A stretch of 64,000 bases of DNA. It comes from Rhodovibrionaceae bacterium (GTDB lineage: Bacteria; Pseudomonadota; Alphaproteobacteria; Kiloniellales; DSM-21159). Positions 61,740-64,000 of the stretch are shown here, piece by piece; the first letter of the stretch is position 1; each line of letters starts with the position of its first letter. The notes beneath the pieces were generated by a model. It was given only the letters and a program-made list of their open reading frames with translations, had not been told where the DNA came from and did no database searches. The stretch covers positions 5,672 through 69,671 of the forward strand of contig JANQIA010000001.1 of assembly GCA_028282405.1 (NCBI GenBank). Reading direction: 5' to 3'. A program made the position numbers and the translations under genes.

Positions 61740-62603
61740 ATGACCGGTTTCGGTCGCGGCGACGGCGGCGACTCTCAGTATGTCTGGAGCTGGGAGCTGA
61801 AGAGCGTCAACGGTCGCGGCTTCGATCTGCGTTGCCGTCTGCCTTCAGGCTGGGAAGGCCTCGAGCAGAAGCTACGGGTGGCGATCACCGAGCGCTGCCG
61901 GCGCGGCAGCTTTCAATGCGCTTTGAGTCTCAGAACCTTGCCCGGGTCGGCTGGCGTTCAGGTCAATCGCGCGCTGCTGGAGGAGCTGATCGCCTTGGCG
62001 CGCGATCTGCGCGGCGGCGACCGCGAAGTCGATGTGGAGAGCCTGCTGGGTATCCGCGGTGTCGTCGAGCCGGGCGAGCCGGAAGACGAGGCGCTGCGCG
62101 AGCGGCGGCAAGCCGCGGTCCTGGCCAGCTTCACGACGGCCTTGGACGAGTTAGTCCAGGCGCGGGCCGCGGAAGGGGAGAAGCTCCTCGCGCTCATCCA
62201 ATCGTTTCTCAAAGAGATTGGGCGCCTGGTGGATGAGGCCGACAAGGTCGCTGCAACGCAGCCTGCGGCCCTCCAGGCCCGCCTGACGGCGCAGCTCGAG
62301 GAGCTGCTGCAGGCCAGTCCGCCGTTGGCGCCGGAGCGCCTGGCGCAGGAGTGCGCGCTCCTGGCGAACAAGGCTGACGTGAGGGAGGAGCTGGACCGCC
62401 TGCGGGCTCATTGCGAAGCGGCGTTGGAACTTCTGAAACAAGGCGGGGCCGTCGGGCGCAAGCTCGATTTCCTCTGCCAAGAGTTCAACCGCGAAGCCAA
62501 CAGCCTCTGCTCGAAGTCCTCCGATATCGAGCTCACCCGTTTGGGACTCGAGCTGAAGAGCCAGATCGAGCAACTGCGCGAGCAGGTGCAGAACCTTGAG
62601 TAG
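61740..62603 (+). CDS. YicC/YloC family stress-induced protein
   Basis: I place the start at ATG 61740 (MTGFGRG...). WELKSVNGRGFDL and C-terminal DFLCQEFNREANSLCSKS. Upstream of gmk, as is usual. Confidence 0.85.
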   Translation: MTGFGRGDGGDSQYVWSWELKSVNGRGFDLRCRLPSGWEGLEQKLRVAITERCRRGSFQCALSLRTLPGSAGVQVNRALLEELIALARDLRGGDREVDVESLLGIRGVVEPGEPEDEALRERRQAAVLASFTTALDELVQARAAEGEKLLALIQSFLKEIGRLVDEADKVAATQPAALQARLTAQLEELLQASPPLAPERLAQECALLANKADVREELDRLRAHCEAALELLKQGGAVGRKLDFLCQEFNREANSLCSKSSDIELTRLGLELKSQIEQLREQVQNLE

Positions 62604-63276
62604 CCCGGCTGCCGGGTCGGAGGGCGTCGGGACCGGGCACGAGCGGCCGGCCGTTCATCGCCGCGGTCTCCTGTTGGTGCTCTCATCGCCTTCGGGGGCC
62701 GGCAAGAGCACGATCTCCCGCGCGCTGCTCGAGCAGGAAGACAACCTCACGCTCTCGATTTCCGTGACGACCCGGCCTAAGCGGCCGGCGGAAACCGACG
62801 GCGTGCACTATCACTTTATCGACAAGGCCCGCTTTGCCGAGCTCGCGGCTCAGGACGCTCTGCTCGAGCATGCGGAGGTTTTCGGCAACCGCTACGGCAC
62901 ACCGCGGGCGACGGTGGAGGCGGCCTTGGAACAAGGCCGCGATGTGCTGTTCGACATCGACTGGCAGGGCACTCAGCAAATTGCCGAAAAGCTGCCGGGG
63001 GACTTGGTGCGCGTCTTCATCCTGCCACCCTCGCTGGAGGAGCTGGAGGCGCGGCTCAAGCGGCGGGCGCAGGACACGGACGAAGAGGTACGCCGCCGCA
63101 TGTCCGAGGCGGCCAGCGAGATGAGTCACTGGCCCGAATACGACTACATCCTGGTCAACCATGACATCGAGGATAGCGTCGCCAAGGTGCGGGCCATCGT
63201 CGCCGCAGAACGCCTGCGCCGTGAGCGGCAGATCGGCCTGGCCGACTTCGTCGGCAGCCTGAAGCCACGCTCTTAA
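62596..63276 (+). CDS. gmk: guanylate kinase
   Basis: P-loop SSPSGAGKSTI, TTRPKRPAETDGVHYHF, DIDWQG. Confidence 0.95.
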   Translation: MSSPAAGSEGVGTGHERPAVHRRGLLLVLSSPSGAGKSTISRALLEQEDNLTLSISVTTRPKRPAETDGVHYHFIDKARFAELAAQDALLEHAEVFGNRYGTPRATVEAALEQGRDVLFDIDWQGTQQIAEKLPGDLVRVFILPPSLEELEARLKRRAQDTDEEVRRRMSEAASEMSHWPEYDYILVNHDIEDSVAKVRAIVAAERLRRERQIGLADFVGSLKPRS

Positions 63277-64000
63277 GCGTTCTCTTCGAGCCTATCGAGC
63301 ACCTCAGCGAGGGTGCAGAACTCTTCCACCGTCAAGGTTTCGCCCCGTCGGCCGCCGTCGATCTCGGCTTGGCTCAAGAGTTCCTGAGCCGGCACGTCGA
63401 GCGGCTTCAACGCCTGGCGCAGGGTCTTGCGGCGCTGTCCGAAGGCGGCCGCGGTGACGCGTTCCAGGGTCGGCAGCTTGGCGGCCGCCCGCGGTTCGGC
63501 GAGGGGAACGAGCTGCACCACGGCGGAGGTGACCTTGGGCGGCGGCACGAAGGCGCTGGGGGCGATGAGAAACAGCGGCCGGCAATCGCAAAGCCACTGA
63601 GTCAGGACGCTAAGCCTGCCGTAAGTCTTCGTGCCCGGGGCCGCGTGCAGGCGTTCGGCAACCTCCTGCTGAAACATCAAGGTCAGCGAGTCGAGCGCCC
63701 GCGGATCTTCGGCAATATTGCTGAGCCAACCGATCAGCAGCGGCGTGGCGATGTTGTAGGGCAGGTTGGCGACGATGTGCCGGGGGGCATCGCCAAGCTC
63801 CGTGAAGCGGGTCTCAAGCGCATCGGCCTCCATCACGTGCAGGCGTCCGTCGCTTGCGTCGGCCAGCTCGGCAAGGGCGGCGAGACAACGCAGGTCCTTC
63901 TCGATGGCTATGACCTTGGCGGCGCCCTCCAGCAAGAGCGCGCGGGTCAAGCCGCCGGGCCCTGGTCCCACCTCGATCGTAGTTCCGCTGCCCAGATCGC
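63273..64000 (-). CDS. rsmA: 16S rRNA (adenine1518/1519-N6)-dimethyltransferase RsmA/KsgA (partial; N-terminus beyond window edge)
   Basis: The frame stays open to the window end (…GSGTTIEVGPGPGGLTRALL SAM motif). NLPYNIATPLL motif present. Confidence 0.9.
   Translation of the reverse strand, partial: DLGSGTTIEVGPGPGGLTRALLLEGAAKVIAIEKDLRCLAALAELADASDGRLHVMEADALETRFTELGDAPRHIVANLPYNIATPLLIGWLSNIAEDPRALDSLTLMFQQEVAERLHAAPGTKTYGRLSVLTQWLCDCRPLFLIAPSAFVPPPKVTSAVVQLVPLAEPRAAAKLPTLERVTAAAFGQRRKTLRQALKPLDVPAQELLSQAEIDGGRRGETLTVEEFCTLAEVLDRLEENA

Noticed and set aside
1-64000. Search by eye for CRISPR arrays, tRNA/tmRNA genes, intact rRNA genes, integrases, toxin-antitoxin pairs and restriction-modification genes
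   Set aside because: No regularly spaced direct repeats, cloverleaf-compatible intergenic segments or recognisable motifs of these classes were found. Intergenic regions are short except those already discussed.

Overview
High-GC chromosomal segment: hand-counted sample lines give about 65% GC outside the island. The gene order looks alphaproteobacterial (inference from the conserved blocks YfgM-like/bamB/der, radA-cvpA-purF, rpsF-rpsR-rplI and fabD-fabG-acpP-fabF-mltG).

The left ~39 kb is accessory, mostly transport and catabolism of nitrogenous or organic-acid compounds:
- a Urt/Fmd-type five-gene ABC importer plus an amidase (0.1-6.5 kb)
- a tightly coupled minus-strand operon (10.8-18.6 kb): Liv-type ABC importer, acyl-CoA synthetase, crotonase and a split MaoC hydratase pair, with a divergent TetR gene and a 14-bp-arm palindrome between them
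- a D-hydantoinase, N-carbamoyl-D-amino-acid hydrolase and hydantoin racemase cluster (19.8-23.0 kb)
- a Pot-type ABC importer, amidohydrolase and DUF1028 operon; a LysR gene; then a second DUF1028, an MFS transporter and a CMP/dCMP-type deaminase (23.2-33.2 kb). A shared promoter-region motif precedes both DUF1028-containing units.
- a TAXI-TRAP transporter, a TylF-like methyltransferase with a sulfotransferase-like gene, and an M20 peptidase

The right ~25 kb is core housekeeping.

The stand-out is a ~4.3 kb low-GC island (about 6.5-10.8 kb; sample lines 35-40% GC). It carries:
- an orphan 725-aa ORC/Cdc6-like P-loop ATPase with C-terminal cold-shock-like and OST-HTH/LOTUS-like modules
- a displaced ~235-nt fragment of 23S rRNA domain V
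- a frameshifted, 3'-truncated IS481-family element abutting that fragment
- decayed ORF debris

I could not place the ATPase architecture in any named system, so it is my best candidate for an undescribed system (mobile-element-borne sensor or defence). No CRISPR array, tRNA or intact rRNA gene was seen. All homology statements come from reading the translations by eye; no database search was run.
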